NCBI GenBank assembly: GCA_046497275.1
Contig: JAWOFX010000061.1
Location: 30,001 to 62,000, forward strand
Source: Promethearchaeia archaeon
Lineage (GTDB): Archaea > Asgardarchaeota > Lokiarchaeia > Sigyniarchaeales > SOKP01
Length of the DNA stretch: 32,000 nt
Reading direction: 5' to 3'
The notes below the pieces were generated by a model. It ran no database searches. It was not told where the DNA came from and worked only from the letters and a program-made list of their open reading frames with translations. A program made the translations under genes and the position numbers. This document shows positions 17,663-27,280 of this stretch, one piece after another (positions within the stretch are counted from its first letter, which is position 1; each line of letters opens with the position of its first letter).

Positions 17663-19828
17663 TTAAAGTTCCTTAATTGAGGCAATCGATTCTTCTCCCT
17701 TTTTGAGATATCCTAAGTAAACAGCACGATTAAGATGTATATAGAATTTTTTTCCTTCTATTTCTTCTACCGTTGCTAATTCTTTTAACTTGCTAATCGT
17801 GATTTGATTATTTTCACTATACGTTTGAACTAACTGAATAAGTGTTTTCACATTATTATTCAAATATCTTTTCCTTTGTTTGGATTTATTTTTATTATTT
17901 TTTCCTTTCATTTTTAAAACCTTTTCCTTTACTTTATTTTTATCAATTTTTGCAACATCTGTAAAAAAGGTGACACCATAATTTTTTAGATTATTATATT
18001 TTTTAGATTCTGAGAATTTATCTAATTTTTCAAGAATCTCTTCGATAGAGCGATTTGCTAAGAGCTCCTTTTCTTTCTCTCTTCTTTCTTTGAAATTCTT
18101 AATTAAATCGAAGTCTGAAACTTCATTCGAAGAAATGTTAAAATTAATTTTTTGACGATCAATATTATCTGCTAAATCTAATTGATCCTCATCTGACAAT
18201 ACATTATTCATTGTTTTTTCTTTTCTTTCAGAAACTCTAAAAAAAGGTATATCAACTGTATCATTTGCTATCAGTATATAACATCTTCCTGATGAAGTAC
18301 GGCCTGTTCTTCCTCGTCTCTGTATATATCTTATCTCCGAAGCAACTGGTTCGTAAAAAACAATGGCATCTACATTTGGGATATCTAATCCTTCCTCTGC
18401 AACACTGGTAGCAGTTAAAATATTAATTTCTCCATTTCTAAATTTATTCAGGATTTCAATTTGTTCAGTTTGAGTAAATCCTCTATCATCTATTTTGGAG
18501 GCCTGACCAACGAATTTTTCTGCGACTAATTTATTTCCAAATTCTTCATTAATCATGTTTTTTAAAATTTCTGCTGTTTCTCGATATTGGGTAAAAATTA
18601 AAATTTTATTATTTTTAAATTCGGAGATCTCCTCTTTAATCAGCGTTATAAGCTTATCTAATTTCGGATGGCTTAAATCTTCTAAATGATTTTTTGTAAT
18701 AATAGAATTTATTAATTTAAAATGATCAGAAGTAATTATTCTCTTGGTAGATAAATTATCTTGATCCGCCTTAAATTTCATTTTATCTACAAAAGTGAGA
18801 AAAAGTCGTATATCTTGGGTTTCCAATAAGTCTTTAGCATGAAGAACTGAGATACAACTCGAACAATATGAATAAATAGAATGAATATTCAAATCATTTT
18901 CTCTAACAATTTCAATTATTTTTGGAGATGTAAAATTTAATTCATTTAAATATGTTCCATCATATCGTTCCTCATCAATTAGATTTCCATATTTTAAAGA
19001 AAATGTTAAATCTTGAGCAATTCTTAAGAAATCCAGTTTGGAATAATATCTTTTATAAGGATTAATTAAGTTCCTATCAATAAAGAATCTCAGAAAATTA
19101 TTAAAAAGATTATCAAGAATTTGACTAATTTCTATTATTTTTATAGGTAAATCTACTGGTTCAAGAATGATATCTATATCATTTATATAATCTTTTACAT
19201 CCTCATCTTTATAGGTTTTAAATACGACATTTTCAACATAAAGATTATCACAGAGTTGTTGGATTGTTTCAAAATCTTTACCTGGGGATGCTGTAAGACC
19301 CAAAATAAGTGGATCTGTACATGATTTCATATATTCTTTAGAAAGAAAGGTATAAGCATAATTCCCTACAGTTCTGTGACATTCATCAAAAATTATCAAA
19401 GATACATTATTTAAATCATAGCGTCCTCTCATTATATCATTTTTTAAGACTTGAGGGGTTGAGATAATTATTTGGGCTTTCTTGAATGTAATAAGTCTTT
19501 TTTCTGGTGGTATTTTCCCAGTCAGTGAGATAATTTTTTCAGAATCTATATCAATGAATTTTACACATGATGAATGATGCTGGTCTACTAATGGTCTGGT
19601 AGGTGCTAAAATTAGAATCTTCCCGTGATAGGGATATTTTTTTAATCTTTTTGTGATTAATAAAATCCCTATTATCGTCTTTCCTAATCCTGTGGGAACT
19701 ACGACTAATGTGTTTTTCGTCCCACATTTTTTAATTATATTATCTTGATATTCTCGATAGTGAATTTTATTATCCTTTAGAAATGCACTTTCGAAAAATT
19801 GAGATTTCTTACTAATTTTACTAACCAT
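17663..19828 (-). CDS. hef: Hef/FANCM/Mph1-family SF2 helicase lacking the ERCC4 nuclease domain, with a probable C-terminal winged helix
   Basis: REYQ, PTGLGKT, DECH, LTASPG, FVGQA, ATSVAEEGLDIP and QRRGRTGR. No ERKxxxD or HhH motif after the helicase core. Confidence 0.85.
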   Translation of the reverse strand: MVSKISKKSQFFESAFLKDNKIHYREYQDNIIKKCGTKNTLVVVPTGLGKTIIGILLITKRLKKYPYHGKILILAPTRPLVDQHHSSCVKFIDIDSEKIISLTGKIPPEKRLITFKKAQIIISTPQVLKNDIMRGRYDLNNVSLIIFDECHRTVGNYAYTFLSKEYMKSCTDPLILGLTASPGKDFETIQQLCDNLYVENVVFKTYKDEDVKDYINDIDIILEPVDLPIKIIEISQILDNLFNNFLRFFIDRNLINPYKRYYSKLDFLRIAQDLTFSLKYGNLIDEERYDGTYLNELNFTSPKIIEIVRENDLNIHSIYSYCSSCISVLHAKDLLETQDIRLFLTFVDKMKFKADQDNLSTKRIITSDHFKLINSIITKNHLEDLSHPKLDKLITLIKEEISEFKNNKILIFTQYRETAEILKNMINEEFGNKLVAEKFVGQASKIDDRGFTQTEQIEILNKFRNGEINILTATSVAEEGLDIPNVDAIVFYEPVASEIRYIQRRGRTGRTSSGRCYILIANDTVDIPFFRVSERKEKTMNNVLSDEDQLDLADNIDRQKINFNISSNEVSDFDLIKNFKERREKEKELLANRSIEEILEKLDKFSESKKYNNLKNYGVTFFTDVAKIDKNKVKEKVLKMKGKNNKNKSKQRKRYLNNNVKTLIQLVQTYSENNQITISKLKELATVEEIEGKKFYIHLNRAVYLGYLKKGEESIASIKEL

Positions 19829-19962
19829 TTTTATTATTGTTAAAATATCCTTTGTTTAATTTAAACCTCATTAGGGTATAGGATTTTTATAACATTAAAT
19901 AATTTAGAAACTAATATAGATAATATTAGATTATTGAGATCAAAGTTAAAATTAAAAATCAA

Positions 19963-21411
19963 GTGATTTATTTGACAGAAAATTCAAAACAAGAAAATGC
20001 TTTGGAAGAAGAAATTCCAACAAGTTCTAAATTAGCATTTGGAGGGATTTCTTTCACAAGTGGGTTTTTCTCAAGTCTAGTTATAGCTACAAGCTTTACT
20101 TATTTCTATAATGTTAAATTAGGGTTATCAGAAACTTTGACTGGACTTGCATGGTTAATATTCATTGCTTGGAATGCAATAAATGATCCTCTGTTAGGAT
20201 TTGTAGAAGATCGTACGAAATTTGAAAAATATGGAAGAAGGATTCCCTATATAAGATTTGGTGCTCCCATATATGCTTTTCTTTTCATATTAGCTTGGTT
20301 TCCTATTTTTGTGGGAAGTCAGTTAGCATTGTTTTTCAACCTTCTATTTATGTTGTATACATTTGATACGTTGTACACATTGATTGGATTAATATCTTAC
20401 TCTTTGCCTGCCGAAATGGCGATTACAGAACGAGCGAGATCAAATCTTATGGTTTTTGGAGCCATAGGAAGCGCCTTCTCAATGTTATTGTCATTCGTAA
20501 TTCCAGCAATATTGCTAACTGGTGATGAACCTTTAGAGGCTGATCCTTTAATTCCCATATTTCGAATTACTATGATAATATTTGGAATCATTGGAGGGAT
20601 CATTCTTTTTGTCAGCAGCTATTACATTAAGGAAAATAAATATGCTATGATGGAAGAGCCATTAAATTTCAAGGACAGTATTATCGAAACTTTTAAAAAT
20701 AAACCATTTGTTATATTTGAGATTTCGAATTTTATTTTTTTAACGGCTCAGTATATTTTAACAAATGGGGTATTATATTATGTCGATTTTGTTTTAGATT
20801 TACAGGGAATTATGGCGATGATACCTTTAATCTTATTTTTCCTTATGGTATTTTTATTTTTCCCAGTATATAGCAAATTAGTGAAAATCTGGGGATTGAA
20901 AAAGGCATTCATATTTTGTCTACTTTTTACGAGTGCAGCCTTTATTATCGGGTTTATTATAGGTTGGACATTTGAACCTGCGATAGTAGCTATGATTTTA
21001 ATGGGTGCTGGTTTGAGTGGATATTTTCTCACAAATCAGATGGTTATGGCAGATATTATTGACAATGATGAGATTCTTACAGGAAAACGAAGAGAAACAA
21101 GTTATGCTGGAATGAATGCCCTTATCACTAAACCTACAAATTCTATCGCACCTTGGTTATTTTTAACCATAATAGGCGCATTTGGATTTATTAATGACCC
21201 AGAAGCAACCCAACCAGAATCAGCAGAAATAGGAATAATGATTGCATTCACCCTGCTTCCCGCAATATTAATCTTAATTTCCGCAGCAATTATGTATTTC
21301 TTCCCTCTTGCTGGTTCGGAATGGAAAAAAAAGAAAGAAGAATTACATGAAGTTCATAGAGAAAAAGAAAAAGAATATCTAAGAACTTTGGAACAAGAAG
21401 GGAAATTATAA
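19963..21411 (+). CDS. MFS transporter, GPH (MelB-like) family
   Basis: WNAINDPLLG, GRRIPY, MADIIDNDE..TGKRRE..Y.G motifs and about 12 TM segments. Confidence 0.9.
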   Translation: MIYLTENSKQENALEEEIPTSSKLAFGGISFTSGFFSSLVIATSFTYFYNVKLGLSETLTGLAWLIFIAWNAINDPLLGFVEDRTKFEKYGRRIPYIRFGAPIYAFLFILAWFPIFVGSQLALFFNLLFMLYTFDTLYTLIGLISYSLPAEMAITERARSNLMVFGAIGSAFSMLLSFVIPAILLTGDEPLEADPLIPIFRITMIIFGIIGGIILFVSSYYIKENKYAMMEEPLNFKDSIIETFKNKPFVIFEISNFIFLTAQYILTNGVLYYVDFVLDLQGIMAMIPLILFFLMVFLFFPVYSKLVKIWGLKKAFIFCLLFTSAAFIIGFIIGWTFEPAIVAMILMGAGLSGYFLTNQMVMADIIDNDEILTGKRRETSYAGMNALITKPTNSIAPWLFLTIIGAFGFINDPEATQPESAEIGIMIAFTLLPAILILISAAIMYFFPLAGSEWKKKKEELHEVHREKEKEYLRTLEQEGKL

Positions 21412-21423
21412 TTTATATCTATA

Positions 21424-21432
21424 TTTTTTTTT
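21424..21432 (+). terminator. Oligo-T terminator candidate
   Basis: T9 run 12 nt after the GPH transporter stop codon. Confidence 0.45.
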
Positions 21433-21449
21433 ATTTCTTTAAGAAAAAA

Positions 21450-21512
21450 CCATAACACGCGTAAATTCTCGGTTAATGAGAAATAGAAGAATCCTTTTTA
21501 CGCGAGTTATGG
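21450..21512. repeat. 16-bp imperfect inverted repeat (15/16) with a 31-nt spacer
   Basis: ccataacacgcgtaaa (21450-21465) and tttacgcgagttatgg (21497-21512) are reverse complements with one mismatch. The spacer contains ttctc/gagaa. Confidence 0.85.
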
Positions 21513-21650
21513 AAAAAGAGTTGAGATAATATGATATCGCATCCAACTAAATCAAATTAATTTATTGATTTATTTCTTGAGCTTACTTTTCGTAAGCGAA
21601 TTCTCATTTTGAATTATAATAAATAAAAATGATTTCAAACAGATGTGTGG

Positions 21651-22652
21651 TTATTTAGGATAAAATCTTACAATATTTTTGTCTATTTTATATTCTACTA
21701 AACCTTGATTCACTAGCATACGTAATGTTAAAACAATCCACCCTCGAGCAATGTTGTTCATCATTCTGCCATTTGGATATAATATATTAATAATTTTTTC
21801 AGGAGAAATACCATGAGAAGAGTACTTTTTTATGAGTTCATATACTTGATTGGTTCTATGTTTTCTATGTTCTAAAATCTCTTGAATTCTTTCATGGGGA
21901 TTTGTGATAGGACTCCCATGAGCTGGAAAAATAATGTTAAGATTGGGTAAATCTTTGATTTTTTTTATAGATTGGATGTATTGCTGTATATCTGAATTAG
22001 GTGGACCAAGCCAAGTGGTAATAGTTCGGAGAATATTATCCCCAGAAAATAATATTCCTTTCGCTTCATTATACAGAGAGAGATGATCGCTAGAATGCCC
22101 TGGCGAAGGAAAAATATTCCATTTCTCTCCGTCTATTCGGATTTTTGTTTCATTTTCAATTATTTTATCTGGTGTGTCAATAAAAGATAAACCATAAATG
22201 AATTGATAAAATAGATGCATTAATGGTTTTCTTAACTGAAATTTTAACATATTAATAGTATTTTTCTTTATGTAGTTCTGCTTGAAATATTCATCAGATT
22301 CATAATATTCATAATAATTTTTTCTGGATTTTATTACTTCAGCCATTTCTTTTGTTAAGAGAATTTTAACATCAAGGTATTTTCGTAATGCTTTTAGTCC
22401 TGAAAAATGATCTGGATGGACATGACTCGGCAGAACCCGTGTTAATTGAAAATGAATATCTCGTTTTAAATAGATTCTCTTGATTTTATTAATCTCTTCC
22501 ATCACGTGTTTAATAGTACTTCTACCTCCATAACCCCCATCATAAATAAGGGCATCTTCTCCACCAATAATGTAAATGTTTTCTGGAGGTTTAATCGCAC
22601 CGATAGTACCTTTTTCTTTTATTAGAAAAATTCTGGGAGAGACTTCCTTCAT
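21651..22652 (-). CDS. Metallo-beta-lactamase fold hydrolase with C-terminal winged helix (LACTB2-like)
   Basis: SHVHPDH (HxHxDH), PGHSSDH, FSGD and PAHG motifs. Confidence 0.9.
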   Translation of the reverse strand: MKEVSPRIFLIKEKGTIGAIKPPENIYIIGGEDALIYDGGYGGRSTIKHVMEEINKIKRIYLKRDIHFQLTRVLPSHVHPDHFSGLKALRKYLDVKILLTKEMAEVIKSRKNYYEYYESDEYFKQNYIKKNTINMLKFQLRKPLMHLFYQFIYGLSFIDTPDKIIENETKIRIDGEKWNIFPSPGHSSDHLSLYNEAKGILFSGDNILRTITTWLGPPNSDIQQYIQSIKKIKDLPNLNIIFPAHGSPITNPHERIQEILEHRKHRTNQVYELIKKYSSHGISPEKIINILYPNGRMMNNIARGWIVLTLRMLVNQGLVEYKIDKNIVRFYPK

Positions 22653-22773
22653 TATTTCTATTTAGCGTTCTTTTTAAAATAAGTTTTTTGCTTAACTCAA
22701 GAAGCTTGGTAAGAATAGATAGTTTCTACATAAAAAAGGAATTAATCATTTTGCTGGTTACTTTTTCTTTGAT

Positions 22774-23811
22774 TCAATCAAATGTCTTTGCTGCTCCTCC
22801 ATGACTTAATTCTTCGCCTAATGCCAAGCGAACAAGGTTACTGAGAAGATAAGGTTCCATTCCCTGTTCATATGCCAATTTTCTAAGATTGATTGCACAC
22901 ATAGGACATAATATAACAAAAGCCTCTGCTCCTGCTTCTTTCGCATCCATAATTGTTTTCATTTTCCATCCAATTTCTTCTTCTCTTGAGACATTTTTCA
23001 TTGTTACTAAAGTTGTACCGCAGCATAAAGCTCCCTCACGATCATATGTTCGCTTCACTCTTTCAACACCTATTAACTCAAAAAGTTCATCTAATACTTC
23101 ATCTTTTCCAGAAACATATCTTGAAGAACAAGGAGGATGATATGCAATTTTCATATTTAGCTTCTTAACTTGGTCAGAATATTCTTTCACATAGTCTCGG
23201 TAATATTCGAAAGGATGAACAGTTTTAAAAGGTACCTCAATATTATATTCCTTAGCCCAATAATTCATCGCTGCATAACATTCTTCATGATAAAAATATA
23301 TTTCGTCAACATTAAGTTCAGTATACTTATCCACTAAATTTTGAAATGTTTCTTTATTAACTGAGCTAGGTTTCCCTATATGAACAAAACCCATCCAAGA
23401 AAAAAAGTCTCTTCCTCCTACAAGAGTTAAACCTTCGAATAATTGCCCTTCAAAAATCCCAGGTAAAAAAGGTACATTAAATATTGATGTCCCCATTATA
23501 GGTTTTTCTGGGTCTCCTTTTATTATCTGCGTTGGCATTTTTGTCCAATTTATATAATCTTGTGTAAGTTTTTCATCTAATACATAAGTTCCAGTCTCTT
23601 CTTGTCTCAAGTTAATTAGGTCAAATGGATTTGCACCTTCAGGACAGATATCATTACAACGGGCACACGTGACACAGTTTTTAGTTACTGGAGTGTTTTC
23701 TCCATTAATTAACTTTTCAAATTCCTCCTTGGCTTTTTCTTCTGAATAGTCCAAATAATAGCATTTACTCAAACATTCTCCACAAAGAGTACATTTTTCT
23801 TCATAAAACAT
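22774..23811 (-). CDS. Fe-S protein with N-terminal 4Fe-4S cysteines and CCG (cysteine-rich) domain, GlpC/HdrD-like
   Basis: CTLCGECLSKC and CVTCARCNDICP, followed by YHPPC, LCCG and CPMC. Confidence 0.85.
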   Translation of the reverse strand: MFYEEKCTLCGECLSKCYYLDYSEEKAKEEFEKLINGENTPVTKNCVTCARCNDICPEGANPFDLINLRQEETGTYVLDEKLTQDYINWTKMPTQIIKGDPEKPIMGTSIFNVPFLPGIFEGQLFEGLTLVGGRDFFSWMGFVHIGKPSSVNKETFQNLVDKYTELNVDEIYFYHEECYAAMNYWAKEYNIEVPFKTVHPFEYYRDYVKEYSDQVKKLNMKIAYHPPCSSRYVSGKDEVLDELFELIGVERVKRTYDREGALCCGTTLVTMKNVSREEEIGWKMKTIMDAKEAGAEAFVILCPMCAINLRKLAYEQGMEPYLLSNLVRLALGEELSHGGAAKTFD

Positions 23812-24299
23812 AAATTAATTCTCACCATAGTTTTTTTTAATGAATACTTATAATATCATAATTTTAGTTATAATTTTAATTGATACTTATCATACTCGAT
23901 GGAATTTTTTATATTTTTTCCAACATCAAAATATTAACCACTTATCAATTTTGAAATGATTTTTCAAATCGAAAATTTGATATCATAGGTTCTCTGTATT
24001 TAATAAAATTTTAGGTTTTCTTTACTAGAAAGAATTGCTATTCATATTGAGAGTTTTAAATATATTTATATAGCTTGATCTTTCCATATTTTAAAGAAAA
24101 TTGGTTTTCTAGCAATTTTTCTCAGCTTTCATTAGATTAATCATCTTACTAGATCCGAATTTTGTCGTTAATTTTTTTTGATTTTATTTCTCTAAAAATT
24201 AAGCATAAACCATAATCTTTAAATATATGAAAGATATATGTTAATATAACAACTATATAATTAAAAATTAATTAAATAAAATTAGTGGAGGGATAAAAT

Positions 24300-24512
24300 A
24301 TGCCTGGTGATTACATATCCTGGTCACCGATCAGGAGACTTATGAAACATAATGGAGCCGAAATCGTCGCTCGAGATGCAGTAGATGAGTTAGTCAATTG
24401 GTTAGAAACAAGTGCAGAGAAATTAACAAAAACTGCCCTTAGATTAACCAAACATGCAAATCGCAAGAAAATTACGAGGGATGACATACTTCTGGCGATC
24501 AAATACTTCTAA
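24300..24512 (+). CDS. Archaeal histone (HMf-type, no N-terminal tail)
   Basis: Histone fold: SPIRRLMKHNGA-EIVARDA...KHANRKKITRDDILLA. GGAGGG SD-like sequence at 24287-24292. Confidence 0.92.
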   Translation: MPGDYISWSPIRRLMKHNGAEIVARDAVDELVNWLETSAEKLTKTALRLTKHANRKKITRDDILLAIKYF

Positions 24513-24554
24513 ATAGCATTTTGAATGTTTTAATCGACATTTAGGAAAATATAT

Positions 24555-24809
24555 CTAAAATCTATACTTTTTTTTTCTCTTTTTAGAAGTAAATTCATAA
24601 TCTAAGAATAAGAATTCATACTTTTTCTTCTCGTCTTTATGATTGAATTTCTTTATGCAACCACATACCCTAAATCTGTAAAGCGTGAAAAAGGATCCAA
24701 TCACTTTTTTAATAACCTCTACATTTCCAAATTTGACTTTGAAAACGGTTTCTTGTGAAGTGTTTAAAGGCTCTTTTTCTGGACTTATTCTGGTGGTTGA
24801 TTCTACCAT
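24555..24809 (-). CDS. Small basic hypothetical protein
   Basis: 84-aa ORF convergent with the histone, with no recognisable motif and a Lys-rich C-terminus. Confidence 0.35.
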   Translation of the reverse strand: MVESTTRISPEKEPLNTSQETVFKVKFGNVEVIKKVIGSFFTLYRFRVCGCIKKFNHKDEKKKYEFLFLDYEFTSKKRKKKYRF

Positions 24810-25095
24810 TTGAATTTTAGAAGTTTTTGGTTTCTATCTTATTTAACAAAATAAAACTATTTAAACTCATTCTACTTAATAAGTTTAGTATGGAAATAGC
24901 ATTATTAACTTTTAGAGAGGATTTAGATGCTCTCCTCAGAGTGTGAGAAGAGACTTTGTAATTTTCACGAATGCATATTTCAAAACATTCATTTTTATTT
25001 CCCTATCATATTTTATAAATTTTATATAATAGAATAAAGAATTATAAAATTAGATAGATAATTTATAAAAATTAAACCTTATTTATTAATTAACA

Positions 25096-26112
25096 ATGCA
25101 AGAAAAAATTACAGAAAAAACACATATACTTGATGAACATGGTCATGTAATTCGCCCTGGTTGGTCGAATAGAGATGTATTTATTTATGATCGTAAAAAT
25201 ATTGCGAAAAGTAGTCTACGAGTTAAAGAATGGGATTATTGGGAAGTATTTAATGACCAAGCCCGTGTGATTTTAAATATTTATGATATTGGATATATGG
25301 GAGTGGCGGAATGTTCTATCTTGGATTTTAATACCAAGGAATCATATCGTGTACAGAGTACACGGCTATTTACACGTGGATCTATCGGCAATCCTTCTTC
25401 TTGGCAATATGATGAGCCATTAGTATTTAAGAAAAAGAAGAATACGATGATATTTGATCGGAATGGAGATAACATCATTCTTTTAGTAGACTTTCAAAAG
25501 GAGGGGGTTAAGGGGAAATTTTCATTATATAAAGATCCAAAAATGGATATGATGGTAAACCTTATTCCTTTCGAGGATCCGCGACAGTTTGTATATGTGG
25601 TTAAAATAATGTGCATGCCAGCGCAAGGAGAAATCACTACAAAAAATAAGAAATATGTCTTTAATGAATTAAATAATAGTTGGGGAATATTAGATTGGAC
25701 TCGTGCTGTTTTTCCATATAAGAATCAATGGAAATGGAGTGTTTCTTCAGGAAAAATAAATGATATTACCTTTGGATTTAATCTGGACTATGGTTTTGGG
25801 ACGGAATCTAGTAAGAGTATGATATTCTACGATGGTGTGGGACATCATTTAGATGAAGTGTATCATCAGTTCGATAAGAAAGACCTAAAAAAACCACTTA
25901 AAATTACGAGTCCTGATGATCGTGTCAATTTAATCCTTAAGCCCAAATGCGTGGATAAACATAGTATTAATTATGGAATATTATATATGAAAGGGATTAG
26001 AACGAGTGGGTATTTTACAGGGGAGGTTATTCTTGATGATGGGATTATTGTAGAAATAAAGGAAAAAGATAAAGTCTTTGGTTTTGCTGAAGAGTTCTTT
26101 CAAAAATGGTAA
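25096..26112 (+). CDS. DUF2804 family protein
   Basis: ILDEHG...PGWS, KEWDYW, LDWTRAVFPY..QWKW and GFNLDYGFG pattern characteristic of this family as recalled. Confidence 0.75.
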   Translation: MQEKITEKTHILDEHGHVIRPGWSNRDVFIYDRKNIAKSSLRVKEWDYWEVFNDQARVILNIYDIGYMGVAECSILDFNTKESYRVQSTRLFTRGSIGNPSSWQYDEPLVFKKKKNTMIFDRNGDNIILLVDFQKEGVKGKFSLYKDPKMDMMVNLIPFEDPRQFVYVVKIMCMPAQGEITTKNKKYVFNELNNSWGILDWTRAVFPYKNQWKWSVSSGKINDITFGFNLDYGFGTESSKSMIFYDGVGHHLDEVYHQFDKKDLKKPLKITSPDDRVNLILKPKCVDKHSINYGILYMKGIRTSGYFTGEVILDDGIIVEIKEKDKVFGFAEEFFQKW

Positions 26113-26139
26113 TTTTTATCAGGTAAGGGTGTGTTTTCC

Positions 26140-26386
26140 AAAAGGGAACACGAAAAACTGAAGCAATTTATTGGGGGATGGGAAAAAGAAGCCTAACCCG
26201 TATCATCCTCTAAGAGAAATTTTCTTTGAGCATATAATTAAAGCATTTATAGATAATGGAATAATGAGCTCTAATAGTAAAGCTGAGTTATCGACACTTA
26301 TATCTCCAAACGGTAGGACAAAAACTAATAGTGATGTTTTAAATAATTTGAAGAACGGGGGCAGATTTGTGAAAAATGTTATGTGA
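26140..26386 (+). pseudogene. Possible degraded ORF fragment(s)
   Basis: 71-aa TTG-start ORF overlapped by a short frame (VFSKREHEKLKQFIGGWEKEA*). No family recognised. Confidence 0.25.
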
Positions 26387-26485
26387 AGAATGTTATGAAT
26401 TCAATCAGAAATCAACCCCTGGATGGTTTCCTTAGAATCAAGAAATCTATGAAAATAACTTTTGTTCTCTTATTTCCCTCACTTG

Positions 26486-26505
26486 TGGTGCCCTCTCCTG
26501 AAAAA
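26486..26505 (+). repeat. Left copy of a 20-bp imperfect direct repeat flanking vapBC
   Basis: tggtgccctct-cct-gaaaaa; 17/20 identical to 27281-27300. Confidence 0.75.
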
Positions 26506-26573
26506 GTCATATCTCTCTCATCTATTCAATGTTTTTTTAAGAATTTACTCTAATTGAAACAAGAATACTTTTA

Positions 26574-26592
26574 AAGTATGTAATACATACTT
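26574..26592. promoter_or_regulatory. Palindromic operator overlapping a TATA-like box of the vapBC promoter
   Basis: aagtatgta-a-tacatactt is a perfect inverted repeat. A further tacatac half-site lies at 26592-26598, next to the ATG. TTTTAAAG at 26569-26576 is about 27 nt upstream of the ATG. Confidence 0.75.
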
Positions 26593-26598
26593 ACATAC

Positions 26599-26829
26599 AT
26601 GAGAACTAATATTGTCATTGATGATGAGTTAAAAGAGAAGTGGTGGGAGATCAAAAGAGAAGCAGATAATCTCAATATGAAAATTGGTGATTACATTATT
26701 TTCTGTCATGATCTTAGAAAAAAAATGGCAAATAAGGATAAGATTCTCGAGATTTTAGAGAAACCGTTATCCGAAGGTTTAAAAGATGTAGATGTAATAA
26801 GGGCAAGTAAGAGTATGTGGAAATCATGA
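26599..26829 (+). CDS. vapB: VapB-type antitoxin with RHH-like N-terminus
   Basis: MRTNIVIDDEL start typical of VapB antitoxins; its stop overlaps the PIN gene start (ATGA). Confidence 0.8.
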   Translation: MRTNIVIDDELKEKWWEIKREADNLNMKIGDYIIFCHDLRKKMANKDKILEILEKPLSEGLKDVDVIRASKSMWKS

Positions 26830-27233
26830 GAGGGATAGATTCAAATATTCTTGTATATGCTTTGAATAAAGATCTTCATGAACATTTAGCTTGTAAGGAA
26901 CTTTTGATGTCTATAGTTAACGGAAATGAAGTTGTAAGCATTCCTTCAATTGTATTTATGGAATGTTTTCATGCATTAGTTAAAGCATTTAAATATAAAG
27001 AAGTTGAGGTTAAGAAAAGATTAGTTGCAGTAATAGATTCAAAAAATATCAATGTCTTAGATATATCAACGTCTTCAATTTTATTTGCTTTTGAGATAGC
27101 TGAAAAATATAGAACTGGAGGGAGAGATTCTCTAATTGCAGCCAGTCTATTAGAAAACAAGATTCAAGAGATTTATTCACATGACTCAGATTTTGATAAT
27201 ATAAAACTTATAAAACGGATTGATCCAATTTAA
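26826..27233 (+). CDS. vapC: PIN-domain toxin VapC; probable start is ATG 26826 rather than GTG 26817
   Basis: IDSNILVYA...E...RDSLIAA...SHDSDFD acidic PIN motif. Confidence 0.9.
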   Translation: MRGIDSNILVYALNKDLHEHLACKELLMSIVNGNEVVSIPSIVFMECFHALVKAFKYKEVEVKKRLVAVIDSKNINVLDISTSSILFAFEIAEKYRTGGRDSLIAASLLENKIQEIYSHDSDFDNIKLIKRIDPI

Positions 27234-27280
27234 ATTAAATTAATAGGTAATTTTGACTCCTTATATTTTTTAATGCCTCT

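Noticed and set aside
21450-21512. Possible SECIS element (Lokiarchaeia are known to use eukaryote-like SECIS)
   Set aside because: The AUGA and GA are too close to form the kink-turn core, and neither flanking gene shows an in-frame TGA or selenoprotein motif.
23948-23968. tttgaaa-N5-tttcaaa palindrome between the Fe-S gene and the histone
   Set aside because: Short and almost all A/T; likely to occur by chance at this base composition.
26486-26496. TGGTGCCC as the reverse complement of a tRNA 3' end (att site)
   Set aside because: No T-loop or cloverleaf sequence adjoins either copy, so a tRNA target cannot be supported.
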